DNA from: Macrostomum lignano
Taxonomy: Eukaryota
Reading direction: 5' to 3'
DNA length: 51,082 bases
Assembly (NCBI GenBank): GCA_002269645.1
Contig: NIVC01004307.1
Span: forward strand, 1-51,082
This document shows positions 1 through 13,175 of the stretch, piece by piece. The notes beneath the pieces are model-generated. The model did not search any database and was not told where the DNA came from. It was given only the letters and a program-made list of their open reading frames with translations. The position numbers and the translations under genes are program-made. Position 1 is the stretch's first letter. Each line of letters starts with the position of its first letter.

Positions 1-439
1 TTTGTGTACTTCAGCAATTGACACTTAACTCTGCGGCTTCACCGGCTGTAAAGTGGCCCAAATGGGTACCAGCATTTAGCGACCCCCCTTGGCGACCCCG
101 TCGTTGGACTGAACATCGACCCGTACGCAGCCTTCAGATTCGCCGCGCAATAGCTACGGCTGAGCTGCCGGTTGCGCATCTGCCCATAATACAGTAATGA
201 TAATAGTATTATTAACTTATGGCACTATTATCAAAAGACGAAACAAATCGATCTAAACTTGAAGGTACCAGGTACAGTTGTCATCGTCGTCAGCACCTTC
301 AACAGAAAGCACAAGGTGACTATGGACACCCTGTTGCTAATTTCTTTAGTTTCGCTTAACAAGCCTCGACAGTGGGCTATAAACCACAACTGCTGCATAG
401 ACATCCTCATCTAGTCTCTCAAAGATTCCGTTATCAACC

Positions 440-2600
440 CGACGCCATCAGCACCAACAACATCGGTGCTCCTGAACACCGGCGCCCAACGTGCCTTGAT
501 CGTCGCACCGGAGGGCAGAGCGTGCCTGACCTCAGCCTTGCCAGTGCTAGTGTTGCTGATCATTGCACCTGGGAGACGCTCAACGAGCTGGGGTCTGACC
601 AGAAACCTATTTTGATCACGCTCAACACCGACTGTCAAACCCTTGACCGCGCCCCCGCCTCACCTGGGCCTGGCAGAAAGCTGACTGGAACAGCTACCAG
701 GACAGGCTCGAGGAGTGGAGCGATGGACTCAACAAGGGTACTATTAAAGAGCAAATTGACCGTCTCTGTAAGAGAATGTCCAAGGCCGCCAGCGCCAGCA
801 TCCCGCTCAAGAAAGTCGGTGGAAATCAAAAACCGTACTGGGATGCGGAGCTTTCTCACATTCGCGAGGAAAAAAATTGTCTCAGAAGCCTGGGCGATCC
901 TGATGCCTGGCGCAACAAAAATGCGGAGCTCAATAAGCGCTGTGCGGAAAAGAAGCAGGAGTTCTGGAAATCCTACGTCCAGGACCTTTCCTCCTCATCC
1001 GACCCTAAGAAGATTTGGCGCACCATCAAGATACTGGAGACTGGGGATAAGAGCACGGCGAAAAACGAGAACATCGTTGTTAACAATCGCGAACACCGCA
1101 CGGACCTGGAAAAGGCTAACGCCTTTGGGCGTTTCTATGTGTCTATTAGCTCGTAGCTCTCTCAAACATGATGCCCGTGACCGCGCCTTTAAGGTCGAGA
1201 CCGCAAATAGGCCCTGGGCAACACCAACCACGAAAGCCAGTTCTCCCTTGGGGAACTTCAGCGTGCCTTATGCAAGCTGGATGTCACCAAAAAGTGTGGC
1301 CCAGATGACATTGAAACGGCCTTCCTTAAAAATCTGCCGACAACTTGGCAGTTGGCCTGGCTCAAGGTGTTCAACCGCTGCTGGAGCCTTGGCCACTGTC
1401 CTGGAGTCTGGAAAAAGGCCATCATCGTGCCTCTCCTTAAAGACGAAAAAGACCCCAAAGACTGAAGACTGAAGACCAAAGACCCCAAATATCCTCTGGG
1501 GCACGTACTCAAAAATTTGGTGCGGCTGGGAGCGCTACAGAAAAGTCAGTCAAAGACTGCTCCAGTTTCCGGCCCGTCAGCCTTACGTCCATCTGCGTCA
1601 AGCTCATGGAGCGGATGGTGCTGACCGGCTGATGCATAGGCTCAAGACCAACGGCACTCTGCAGCCCTGGCAAGCGGGATTTCAACGCGGCCGGAGCTGC
1701 GAGGAACAAATAGCTCGCCTCGTGCAAGAAATCCAGGACGGATGGGAAAGAAGGCCCCACCTCAAGACGTTGGCCGTCACGCTCGATTGCTCAAGGGCGT
1801 TCGACCGGGTTTGGCGGGCAAAGCTTTTGCTCGTCTTATGGACGAAGGCCTGCCCGGTCGCTTTATTCGCTGGTTCGCCAGCTTCATGGAAGGGCGTCAA
1901 ATCGCTGTGCGTGTCGGTGAGGAGGTCGGCAAGTGGCGGCCCCTCCGCGAGGGGTGCCCTAGGGGGCCGTCAGCTCTCCTATTCTGTTTCTCCTGTACAT
2001 CAACGACTGGCGGGACAAACTGGTCCCCCAGGTCTGCTACGGGGGATTCGCTGACGACCTCGGCATTTGGACTACCGGTCGGAACACTAACGAGCTGGAA
2101 TTTCGCATTCAGACTGCGCTAAACCGCATTGAAAACTGGGCTGCCGACCTGAGAATCGACCTAAACCCCTCCAAGTCTGAGTGCTGTCTGTACACGCGCG
2201 ATCGGAGCGAGCGAAATCGCCCTCTAAACCTGTCGATTTCTGGCACTCGTCTCCCTACCAAGCGTGAGGTACGATACCTCGGCGTCTGGATTGACGGTGG
2301 CCTGACCTTCAAGTGCCAGACGGCCGAAGTTGTTTCTAAGTTGCACCGCCGATGCAGCATCTTCCGCGCCCTGGCCAACAGAGAGTGGGGCTGGGACTGT
2401 GACACCCTCCGCACTGTCTACAAGGCGGTCGTCGAGTCCGTCGCTTGGCATGCGGCCGCGGCTTGGATGCCTTGGCTTCGACACGCCGCTTGTTTGGAGT
2501 TTATAACCTAAACGACCTTGCCGATGGTCACTTGGTGGCGCGGCTCCTGGGTGCCCTCGATTGGGTCCCCATCTGAAGGAGCCGCACTCCGCAATCAATG

Positions 2601-2651
<51 letters not shown>
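440..2651 (+). mobile_element. Degenerate non-LTR retrotransposon (APE endonuclease C-terminus + reverse transcriptase), 5'-truncated, with stops, frameshifts and an internal deletion near 2480-2515
   Basis: APE tail motif PT..RTG..S.PDL..W....LGSDQKPI (SDHxPI-like). RT motifs IIVPLLK, FRPVSLTS, QAGFQRGRS, LDCSRAFDRVW, FADD (2047-2058), YLG (2275-2283) and WGW..LRTVY. Probable terminal codons ...LLGALDWVPI* followed by a short 3' UTR and a (ACA)n tail. Confidence 0.92.
2601..2651 (+). repeat. (ACA)17 microsatellite, probable 3' tail of the retroelement
   Basis: 17 perfect ACA units about 25 nt after the element's probable terminal TGA. Confidence 0.9.
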
Positions 2652-2652
<1 letters not shown>

Positions 2653-3891
2653 AAACCACTCAATGGCCAGAAAGGGGAGAGAAGTCGGAGAGCGCGTCTT
2701 TAGGTCATGGCTCTAAAAATTCACACCCCATTTTGGTCCTAGGCGCCAGCACCAGTCAAAAGCCAGTCAGGGTATCTCGCCGTTCACCCTTGGTCTCGCC
2801 TGAGCGGTCCCTGTAGCTTGAGCAGCAGCACTTATAGATAACAGATGGATAACAGACAACAGATCAACAGATAATACCCTTAAATTTCCTTACCCTCACT
2901 ACCCTTAACATTTCTAAAGCTCTTAAAATTATTTTAAGCATATTTTGTCCGGCACAGAGTTATATACAAAACTGTTTCCTCATTAAAGTCGACGATTTCT
3001 CGATCCATTTTCACGTTTCCTGAATCACGAGTGCTTTGTAAACAATTTTTTAAGGAAACTGAAATCCCATATTTTCTGGTTTAAAGTTTCACGTTTTACA
3101 ATTGCGTCACAAAAAACATCTTTTTTTGTTAATCCAGCCGGGGCGACCACGTTCAGGGGATCCTGCAGTTTGCATCTTAGTGGCGAATAAAGTCTCTTTC
3201 CCTAAAAGTATTAAGTTTATTTGGGCTCTCTGTCAACTCATATTAACAGAGTTTACGATACAGGGTCCGCAAGTCTCTCAAAGAAAGAGTAAATTCGCAT
3301 TGGTAAGTTCAATCATTTTCGATCAACAAGACGCGCGGGTTTCCCGGTGCAAGGGAATCAACCTCAGAGACAATTGCTGGAAAAGTGACGCATTCAGGGT
3401 AAAGACGCGCGTGATTCTGGAATGATCGCGAATGGACTGCGAATAATATTTCGAAAATCCTCGGGCTACAATAATTCAGAGAAATCGCAGGGTTTTCGAG
3501 TGAATTCACAACAGCAGTAGGGGGCGATGCGCACCTGCCACAGATGAAAGAAATTAAACTTTATCCATGCAAGCTAAACATTTATTTATTGAATAGAAGA
3601 AATATAGCAAAGTTCCAGCAATTCAAGGTTGCAAGTCTCCCAAACATTGTAATCGGCGATTTGTTGGTTACAAAAAATCTAATTGTTATCAACGAATACG
3701 CTTGTATAAAGTACACAGGCCTTTAAGTTTTACTTCCAGACTACGAAATACATTAGAAATTTAAATTTAAGATAGAAACGGTCGATAGCATAAGTGCATT
3801 CACTACTGATAAGCTAATTGTCTCCTTGATAGAACATGGTGCAAAACCACACGGTAGCATCAAGTTATCACATTATGTAACTGCTCTTCAT

Positions 3892-6297
3892 TCATTCGTC
3901 TTTGACCAAATCAACCAACGAAGAGAAGGTTCCTTCAATGCAATTGTTCGAATACGCACTGGCTGCAAATGCACTCGTGACTATGACTGTAAGCACAGTG
4001 ACGAAGATGTTCATCGCAAAGAACACTTTGTCGGCTGACGCTACAACAATGCTGCACTCATTGGTCGTTGTTAGGGGACTTGGCGGGATGTCTCCATCAG
4101 AGCCCTCAGACTGGTCAGCTGTATCTTGTGCAGCATGCACCTGTGGCTTCCTCCCAGTCACGAGTCGGTTGAGGAACAGAGCACGGATCAGCCGGTTGCT
4201 GACGTGAGCGCTGTTGTGCTGCTTGGAGTGACACCTCAGCACGAATGCATTGCACAGCACGTTCAGAATTGTCATCACTACTGCGATGCTGAAGTACCAA
4301 GCTGCAACGGAAATTGTGACCGCATAAGCATACATGTACAGAGATTCGGTCAGCACAACGACCATCTCGCGACTCACTGATGAGCGGCACGGACTCGCTC
4401 TGTGTCGGTGTGTAGTTGCCAGCCAGCTGCAGGAACACGCACATGGACAGCACGATGGTGATGCTGAAGGAGACTCGCTCACCGCAGTCTGGAGGCATTC
4501 GGAATGCGAGTGCGGAGATGGCGAGCAGGAGGATGCTCGGAAAGAGCAGATTCGTCACGTAGAACGCCGACCGTCTCTTAAAAGAAGCAATGAAATAACA
4601 TATTTTCAGATCGATCTGTCCAAATTGTTTCATTTTAAATGCTACCAAGGCTTTTTGAACTCGCAAAACGATCTGTTCAATGCTAATTTTAGCAGCTTGA
4701 GCTGTCTCTAAAGCCATGAGCACACGGTACATGCATAAAATTGAACTAATTTGTGTTTGTATTAATTATTTGATCAAATCCAACAAAGTTGTAGTCCTAC
4801 TTGAAAGGATTTCAATTAGGAACGAGAAGCGAGGCCTTCGTACCAAACCGATCGCAAGAAATATTATTTCGAGCAAGTAAACATGCAACTCAGAAACAGT
4901 TCATCAAGGTCCTTCCTCCCTTCGGCTGTAATGGGTGGGCTAAAATGTGTATTTCTTGTCGAATTAGTATCTATAGGTTGAAAGAGGGCTGCGGGCGCCC
5001 TGGCGCAAAGCCTTCAATGACATTGTCCCACAAGCACTGAGGAAATTTTACTACTGTACACAGGCACGCACTCATACAAGCTCACCCAGGCTGTACAGCG
5101 ATTCTGACTTTCTAGTCGTCAGGCAAGGTGCATTCTCGGTGCCTTGGATGTTGGCCCTAACAGGTTTGAATGGCACGAAAAACTTCGGTTAATTTTCGTG
5201 CACAAGCCAAATGAATGTGGCCACGTACGGAATCGAACACACAGGCGTCATGTCGTGAGAGTCAACACATTTACCTCTGAGCTGCTCTGTAGCAAGTAAA
5301 TGTAATAAAAGTACGAAATAGTTCGTTAGAAAATAAAGTGCACGTGATTCTTTCTTGCCTGAAATTTAAGCACAAGAATAACCGCATCAAGTACGTCCAG
5401 TCGATGCTTTTCCAGAAAGATTCTCTTGATGCAGAATTAGTTGTTCCTTGCCAAGTATTTTTCTGTAGAAAAGTTTTGTAGAAAAAGAATCTTCAACATT
5501 GTCTCGTGCGGTAAATTTTGAGGCCGGATGCTAATGCCGCATTTCTGACTGTCAAACGGAAAATATTGCATCTCCATCTGACACTTGAACGTGACGAGCA
5601 GCACTTTCTGGTGTTGAACAAATCCATCGATAAAAATTAAAGCAGGTGGCTCGTCCAGGGTAACATCCTTTATCTCCATCCTGTAAGACATGGGGAAAAA
5701 GCATTATAAACTGCTGCGAGATGGCGGGCGACAGAAACGGGGCCTCAACTCACAAAGTGTCAACAGTAACATCAGGTATCCACAACAATTTTGAAGGAAC
5801 GGATATGTTGTGCACTCCGCCGAATGCTGAATTAGACATTGCCATCCATGATAGTCGAGAATCGAACCATTGCTACGATGAGGTTTTAAAAGCTTCTAGC
5901 AGGTTATTTTCGTAATTAAATCCACTTAGACAAAAAATCGCTCCCCCCTAATCAATGTAAGCAGGTACTGACCTTCGAAAGCATAAACTGCAGTGTAACC
6001 TCCTGAGACGCAGAGTCCTGCAAGATCGACAAAGACTAGTAATGATTAAATCGATGTCTTGAAGAGCTATAGCAAATATCAACTCACCACTTTGATGAGG
6101 CTGTATAGAAAGATCAACAAGTGTACAGTGTTTGCGGTACCGCTGTCCGGGGGCGGCCGGACCTCCCTGTTGTAATCGGTTCCGAGCTTCAGCGCCGCCA
6201 TCAGAGCAGCGTCCGGCGAAGCTTCATTGGCAGCTTCAGCGGTTGAAGCAGCGAGCAGAGCAGCGAAGGAGACGATGAGGCAACTGGTTGGAACCAT
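3892..6297 (-). pseudogene. Cys-loop ligand-gated cation channel subunit, copy A (nAChR-like, non-alpha), with an in-frame stop in exon 4
   Basis: Exons 6088-6297, 5973-6017 (45 nt), 5754-5872, 5359-5680, 4378-4576, 3892-4301; phases are consistent, 434 aa if read through. Signal peptide, WFDSRLSW, WIPD, Cys-loop CQMEMQYFPFDSQKC, M1-M4 and the GER motif before M2. TAA at 5437-5439 where copy B has GAA. The exon 4 donor is GC where B has GT. Confidence 0.85.
5218..5290 (-). mobile_element. tRNA-derived (SINE-head-like) relic in intron 4 of copy A
   Basis: A-box-like AGCTCAGAGG (5274-5283) and B-box GTTCGATTCC (5229-5238) on the minus strand. A homologous sequence lies at 10516-10580. No clean cloverleaf. 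Confidence 0.4.
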
Positions 6298-6983
6298 GAC
6301 GGACGGAGCGTGGCTGGGTGTGACAGATACAATGAGTGAAATGCTGTACGAATGGATTTTATCGCGTGTATCGACAATTGTTTATTCAGCAAGCAATGTT
6401 CTGTTGTTTGCCTTGTCAAGAAAAGCTTTATTTACTGACTCCATTAGCTTCATTGCCAAGATTGATTGATGCAATTAGCGAATTGCTGCAGTTTAGTGAA
6501 ATTAGTTGTTGACTGAAGCCCAAAATGCTGGTTAAACATGAATTATTTAGGAGATAAAAACTTGCTTCCTGAATAAGGTTTAATTGTTAACTATTTTCAG
6601 CTGAATCATGCTAAAATTTGTTGAGTTAAACAAAGTAATTCGATTGTGCATTTGCACTGTTTGATTAAGTATCCTTCTCGTGTTCGCCTCCGAAAGCAGA
6701 GAAAAATGCAATTATTGCAAAAATTAGCGCACGCAAAGCGCAAATATGAGACGCCATCAGGCTTCAGACAAAAGTGAGTAACACGTGTGCCTCATTCTGT
6801 CTAAACTTATTTGCCGAATTTTAAAGGGAATGAGTAAAAGTGCTGAATGCTGATTAAGTTGTCCTGCACCAATATTGCCAAGTATTTTATATCTGTGGGA
6901 AAACTATTCGCACAACTCAGAGACTAGGGGGGATTTTCAAGTATATTTCTGGCATTTTGCATTTTGCTTTTGCGTTGCACTTT

Positions 6984-7573
6984 GCATTTTGCGTTGCACT
7001 TAAGCTTACGGGCAAATCACTTGATCCTAAGTGGCAGGATTACACTGGCGAGGGCAGCTGCCGATCAAGTCTATGGCCCAAACCGTTGGCTGGCGGGCAA
7101 GTTACTTAAGCCTTGGGGCACTGACTTAATCCATTCATGCTCTATAAAAGCGAACTAGAAGCTAAGGCTCGCAGCAAAATGAGCTCAACATGGTCCATGT
7201 TTTGCTCATTTTGGTCATTGCCAGAACTGTGTTGCAGCTGCTGTTGTTTACTTTCCCACTTTGTTATGGCCAACCAACCACCTGCCGATGTTCCCTCATT
7301 TGCTCATACTTTGCTCATTTGCTCATATGTTGCTCATATTGACCGATTAAAATTATGCCCTTGCCACAGCACCACCCACTGGGCGGCCGATTGAAAGCGT
7401 TTCAAACTGCGATAGAGCATGAATGGATTAAGTCTGTACCCTAAGGCTAAAGTAAATTGCCCATTAGCCACCAGTTGAGACCATAGAATCGATCGGCAGC
7501 TGCCCTCGCCAGTGTAATTCTGCCACTTAGGATTAAGTGATTTGCCCGTAAGCTTAAGTGCAACGCAAAATGC
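6984..7573. mobile_element. MITE/foldback element with ~160-bp terminal inverted repeats
   Basis: 6984-7145 is the reverse complement of 7412-7573 (GCATTTTGCGTTGCACTTAAGCTTACGGGCAAATCAC...CCATTCATGCTCTAT). The interior has short TGCTCAT repeats and no coding capacity. No TSD resolved. Confidence 0.8.
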
Positions 7574-9167
7574 TATATTGTCCATGGGTGGTTAACAGAG
7601 ACAGTTACAGTTACTTAGAAGTACAACACTCGGATTCGTGACTGATTTAATAACCGTTTGGTGTACCGTATCACGCGTTGAATCAGAACCTACTGAATAA
7701 TCCTCTGAACTAGTGGATAATCTGTAAAAATTGGTGGCGTCTAGACCTATTAGCTCGTAACACGCCTTTGAAAACTTCGGCGAGATGCGACACTTCAAAG
7801 TTTCATATTTTGCTTTGGCGAACTGAGAGTGTTGATTATGTGCATGTCGGAAAAGATGCAAGTTGCACCCGTGGGTAACACGTATGTTTTAGCGGAAAGC
7901 GAAACTTCAAGAGTTTTTTCTGGTATTTTTGTTTTCCAATTGTGTAAAATAACTATCAGCTGAATAAATGATAACACATTACGAGCTTAGTGTGAGGGAG
8001 TTGCTCAGAGCCAAAGCTCAAAAAGGGGAGCTGATATCTTAGGCTACACAGCTGGCTTTCAGGGCTGATGCTGTTTTGCTTTAAACATCATTTTCCTCCA
8101 GAAACTAACAACAGTGACTCTACAAGCTCAAAGGCTACATGTAGATTATTCAAAACATTTATTCCATTCTTTATTGCCTCCCTGACGGGGGTAGAAGCTT
8201 GCTAGTTAACTTTCTGGAGTTATTTTTTCCGTTTCGTTGAAACATTTTTAGGTTTTTGTTTTACTGCATGATTTTCTACGCAAGATTTAAATCTGCTTTC
8301 GTTAGTTTTTTACTGAGAGCGCTTGTCGCGCGTTTATAGGCTGTGGACCTCTGCATGTACCGCATCCAGCATAACCAATTAGCTCGTAATTAATGGCATC
8401 GTCAAATAAACTGTCATGGATCAGTTAAATATGTATAAAACCAGTAATTGAACCTCCATTTTTTAATGTACTTATTGCGAGGCAGCATCGACGAAAAGTA
8501 TCCTGGCACACGAACATTATCAAAATTCATCACCTCAGTCCATGGGTAGCTACCGAGTCCCACAAAAAACGAAGCTATGGTGGAAAATTTCACCAAAATT
8601 AGGTACGATATATACGAGATACAAGATATCAGTCAAACTTGAATCCGTTACAAATTTTCAGATGAGCGTGACAAAGAAGTCAGTGAGAAGTGGAACTAGG
8701 CACCGCCTTCCTAGATTTTTACGAGCGTACAAGCGTACAAAAAGTACACGAAAAGTTTCACGTGCACCTTGAGTTAAATACCAAAGCCATATAATATAAA
8801 AAAAGTTTTCCACTCTCACTGACCGAATTCTGATAGGGTCGAGCTTTAATCATGCAGAGCTGCCCCAAATATAAATACTAAAGCATCTATCCATTCTTCA
8901 AATCGTTTCTCTGCCATTTATGTCTGTCAATGTATTGTCAGTGCATCGCTGAGAAACTAGCTCTTTCTCTTTCCCAAGACGCCTCCGAGATCTTGAAAGC
9001 GGAACAAGACTGATTTTTCCAGCATTAGATTTTTCCATGTCACTTTTTAGTTTTCAACGAGTGGAAAGATTATTTATTTACTTAAAATCCTGACCACCTT
9101 TGCTAGCGATGGCAAAATACGCTCGTATTTCTGCACTGGTGCTTAATAGCATTGAAACACGATAAAA

Positions 9168-11584
9168 TTACTCCTCTTTGACCAAATCAACCAACGAAGA
9201 GAAGGTTCCTTCAATGCAATTGTTCGAATACGCACTGACTGCAAATGCACTCGTGACTATGACTGTAAGCACAGTGACGAAGATGTTCATCGCAAAGAAC
9301 ACTTTGTCGGCTGACGCTACAACAATGCTGCACTCATTGGTCGTTGTTAGGGGACTTGGCGGGATGGCTCCATCAGAGCCCTCAGACTGGTCAGCTGTAT
9401 CTTGTGCAGCATGCACCTGTGGTTCCTCCCAGTCACGAGTCGGTTGAGGAACAGAGCACGGATCAGCCGGTTGCTGACGTGAGCGCTTTTGCTGCTTGGA
9501 GTGACACCTCAGCACGAATGCATTGCACAGCACGTTCAGAATTGTCATCACTACTGCGATGCTGAAGTACCAAGCTGCAACGGAAATTGTGACCGCATAA
9601 GCATACATGTACAGAGATTCGGTCAGCACAACGACCATCTCGCGACTCACTGATGAGCGGCACGGACTCGCTCTGTGTCGGTGTGTAGTTGCCAGCCAGC
9701 TGCAGGAACACGCACATGGACAGCACGATGGTGATGCTGAAGGAGACTCGCTCGCCGCAGTCTGGAGGCATTCGGAATGCGAGTGCGGAGATGGCGAGCA
9801 GGAGGATGCTCGGAAAGAGCAGGTTCGTCACGTAGAACGCCGACCGTCTCTTAAAGAAGCAATGCAATAACACTTTTAGGTTGATCTGTACTAATTGTTA
9901 CGTTCAAAAGACTACCGAGGCTTTATGAACACGTGTTCATAAACGTGTTCATAACGTGTTCATGTGTTCACGTAACATGAACGTGAACACGTGTTCATAA
10001 GCGTATGAGCCTCGGAGCAAAAGACTACCGAGGCTTTATGAACACGTGTGAAACGGTCAGTCCACGGGAAGTTTAGCATCATGCACAGGCGCTAAAGACA
10101 CAATCAAACGGTACATTGATGTAAACTATTTTTTGTTTGCATTTACGCTCGTATTGATTAGATCAAATTCAATAAATTGATAATCATACTCAAAGGTGAT
10201 TTCAATTGGGAGCAAGAAGCTCGGCTTCCGAGCAAACCGGTTAGAGAAACATGCAACGCAGAAACAGTCCATGCATCAAGGCGCAAATCCTGCTCTAATG
10301 GGTGGGCTAAAAACGCGTATTTCATGTCGAAAAAGGTTCTATAGTTTGAAAGAGGCCTGAAGTTCCGTAAGGCTTAAGCAGAGGCTAAAGAGAAAAAGTG
10401 GTATAGAATGCCTCAGCCTAGCAAATACGAGCTGAAATAATAATCATAATCTCATAGGGGTGAATCGCACGAAAGCCTTTGGATAATTTAAGTACACAAA
10501 AGCCCCAAATGAATATGGCCTCGCACGGAATCGAACCAGGGTCATGATGCGACAGTCAGACCGTTGAGCTGCTCTGCCCAGTAGCAAGTGTGTGTATAAA
10601 TATTACGAAATCATCCTTAGAAATTATCGTGCACATTTTTTTCTCTTACCTGAAATTTAAGCGCAAGAATAGCTGCATCAACTAAATCCAATCGATGCTT
10701 CTCCAGAAAGATTCTCTTGATGCAGAATTCGTTGTTCCTTGACAAGTATTTTTCCGTAGGAAAGTCTCTGTTGAAATTTGTTTTCAGCATTGTCTCGTGA
10801 GGTAAATTTTGAGACCGGATGCTAATGCCGCATTTCTGACTGTCAAACGGAAAATATTGCATCTCCATCTGACACTTGAACGTGACGAGCAGCTCTTTCT
10901 GGTGGTGAACCAATCCATTGATAAAAATTGAAACAGGCGGCTCGTCCAGTGAAAGGTCTTTTATTCCCAACCTGTAATAGATTGGGAAACATAATTAATA
11001 AATTGCTGCGAGATGGCAAAAGACAGGGGACATCAACTCACACATTGTCGAAAGTAAGACCAGCTATCCAGACCATTTTTGAGGGAACCGATATTCTCCG
11101 CACTCCGCCGAATGACGAATTTGGCTTCGTCAGCCATGATAGTCGAGAGTCGAACCATTGCTACGATGAGGTTTTAAAAGCTTATAGCTGGCTCTTTTCT
11201 TAATGAAACCAATTCGACAAAATATCGCTCTATTTTAATTGATATAAGCAAGTACTGACCTTCGAGAGAGAAAACTGCAGTGTCACCTCCTGAGACGCTG
11301 AGTCCTGCGAAGTTGACAAAGACTACTGCTGATTAAATAAATGTCTTGAAGAGCTATAGCAAATATCAACTCACCACTTTGACGAGGCTGAACAGAAAGA
11401 TGAACAAGGTCACAGTGTTTGCGGTACCGTTGTCCGGGGGCGGCCGGACCGCCCTGCTGTACTCGGTGCCGAGCTTCAGCGCCGCCATCACAGCAGCGTC
11501 CGGCGAGGCTTCATTGGCAGCTTTAGCGGTTGAAGCAGCGAGCAGAGCAGCGAAGGAGACAATGAGGCAACTGGTTGGAACCAT
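9168..11584 (-). CDS. Cys-loop ligand-gated cation channel subunit, copy B (nAChR-like, non-alpha), open ORF of 433 aa
   Basis: Exons 11375-11584, 11260-11304, 11042-11160, 10650-10971, 9651-9849, 9168-9574; all GT-AG and phase-consistent. Cys-loop CQMEMQYFPFDSQKC, PPDCGERVSFSITIVLSMCVFL (M2 with 9' Leu). Compensating -2/-1 indels in the M3-M4 loop. Confidence 0.88.
10516..10580 (-). mobile_element. tRNA-derived (SINE-head-like) relic in intron 4 of copy B
   Basis: A-box-like AGCTCAACGG (10561-10570) and B-box GGTTCGATTCC (10527-10537) on the minus strand. Same intron position as the copy A relic. Confidence 0.45.
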
Positions 11585-13175
11585 GACGGTCGGAGTTTGA
11601 CTGATTGCGACACATCATGAGGGAACAACTTGAGCCAATGGGTTTTATAGCGTGTATGAATAAACTCTAATTCAATAGCAATATTGTGTTGTTTGCATTG
11701 TCACGAAAAGCCTTATTTACTGTGTTAACAAGAGAATATGAAGAATAGAGAACTTAACACTTGGCGCTAGCGCCGCATTGCCAATAGTAGCTACACAAAG
11801 CAAGATACTAGAGTTGAGCACACTTGAGTCTTGTGCCAGGTACGTATTGATTCTCAATTTTATAAAAGGCGGGGTTGACACAGGCTTTAGCCCGGGTTGA
11901 TAAGTTTGCATAATTTGCAATTTACGCTCGTACGTTATAAAAAATTAGAAAGTGGGAGCTGAGAAAGGTGGCTTGAAGTGGAATGGGCCGGTGCACTAGG
12001 CGATTACGAGTGTGAGTAGTATGGTACAGACGTACAATGGTATAAACAAAAACTTTACTCCTCAAACCATACCAGCTTTCTTGGCATGAGCACATTCTAA
12101 TAAAAACAAAGAACCCCTCGACCGTCTTAACGTTGAAATATTAGATATCATAATACCGAGTATCTTGCACGAAAAAAATTAATCGCTACTCGTATAACGC
12201 AATGCTCAAAGAGCGAAAACGGGCATCAAAAAATTAGGTGAAGTAAACAAAGTACAGGGATGAGATAAGTATTAAACTGTTTTAACAAACAGGGTAGGTG
12301 AGTCAAAAAAACGTTGCGTTCAGTGCGAGGAAGTGAGCAAAAGGGAGAAGCGCTGAAAGATAGGAAAAACTATAATCGAACAGAGTATGCCGAAACCTCT
12401 GACTATGGCAAAAAACTTTAGCTTAACCCTAGCATGTAATAAATTGAGTCTTCACAGTAAAAGACTGTTATTACTGATCACAAGACAATACAGAGTTTAT
12501 AATACGGGGTCCGCAAGTCTATCAAACAAAGGGTAAATTCGCATTGGTGAGGCCAAGCATTTGGGATCAACTAGACGCGCGGGTTTCCCGATCAAGTGCA
12601 TCAACCTCAGAGAAAATTTCTGCAAAAGTGACGCGAATCGAAAGTAAAGTAAAAAGTAAAGTAAAAAGTAAAGGCTCGCGAATCGAGAATGGGCTACAAC
12701 TAATATTTCGAAAATACTCTGGCTTACAATAGTTCCGAGAAAATCGCAGGGTTTTCGAGTGAATTCCAAAAAGCAGTAGGTGGCGATGCGCACCCTGCCA
12801 CAGATAAAAGAATTAAAACTTTATCTATGCAAGCGAAACATCCATCCATTGAATAGAAGAAATATAATCGTAGCAAAGTTCCAGCATTCAAGATCGCAAG
12901 TCTTCCAAACACTATCCCAAGCCATATCTTCAGAATTTTGTGTAGAACCGTTTGAATTGCAATGTTAAGTTAAGTTATAGTAGTTACCGAAAGTCTGATT
13001 GCTATCATCCATTTACGCTCGTATAAAATAGACAAACCTTTCAGTTTTATTTCGAGACTACGCAAGATATTAGAAATTTAAGATGAAAACTATCGATAGC
13101 AAAAGTGCCGTCACTACTGATAAGCTCATGGTGCACAGGCGCACCGTAGCATCACGTTATCACGTTTCTCTCCAT

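Noticed and set aside
3892-4482. ORFs starting MSREMVVV.../MSESPS... that run through intron 5 in A, B and C
   Set aside because: The 76-nt segment has canonical GTGAG...TTGCAG ends at a position shared with copy D; the open frame is incidental.
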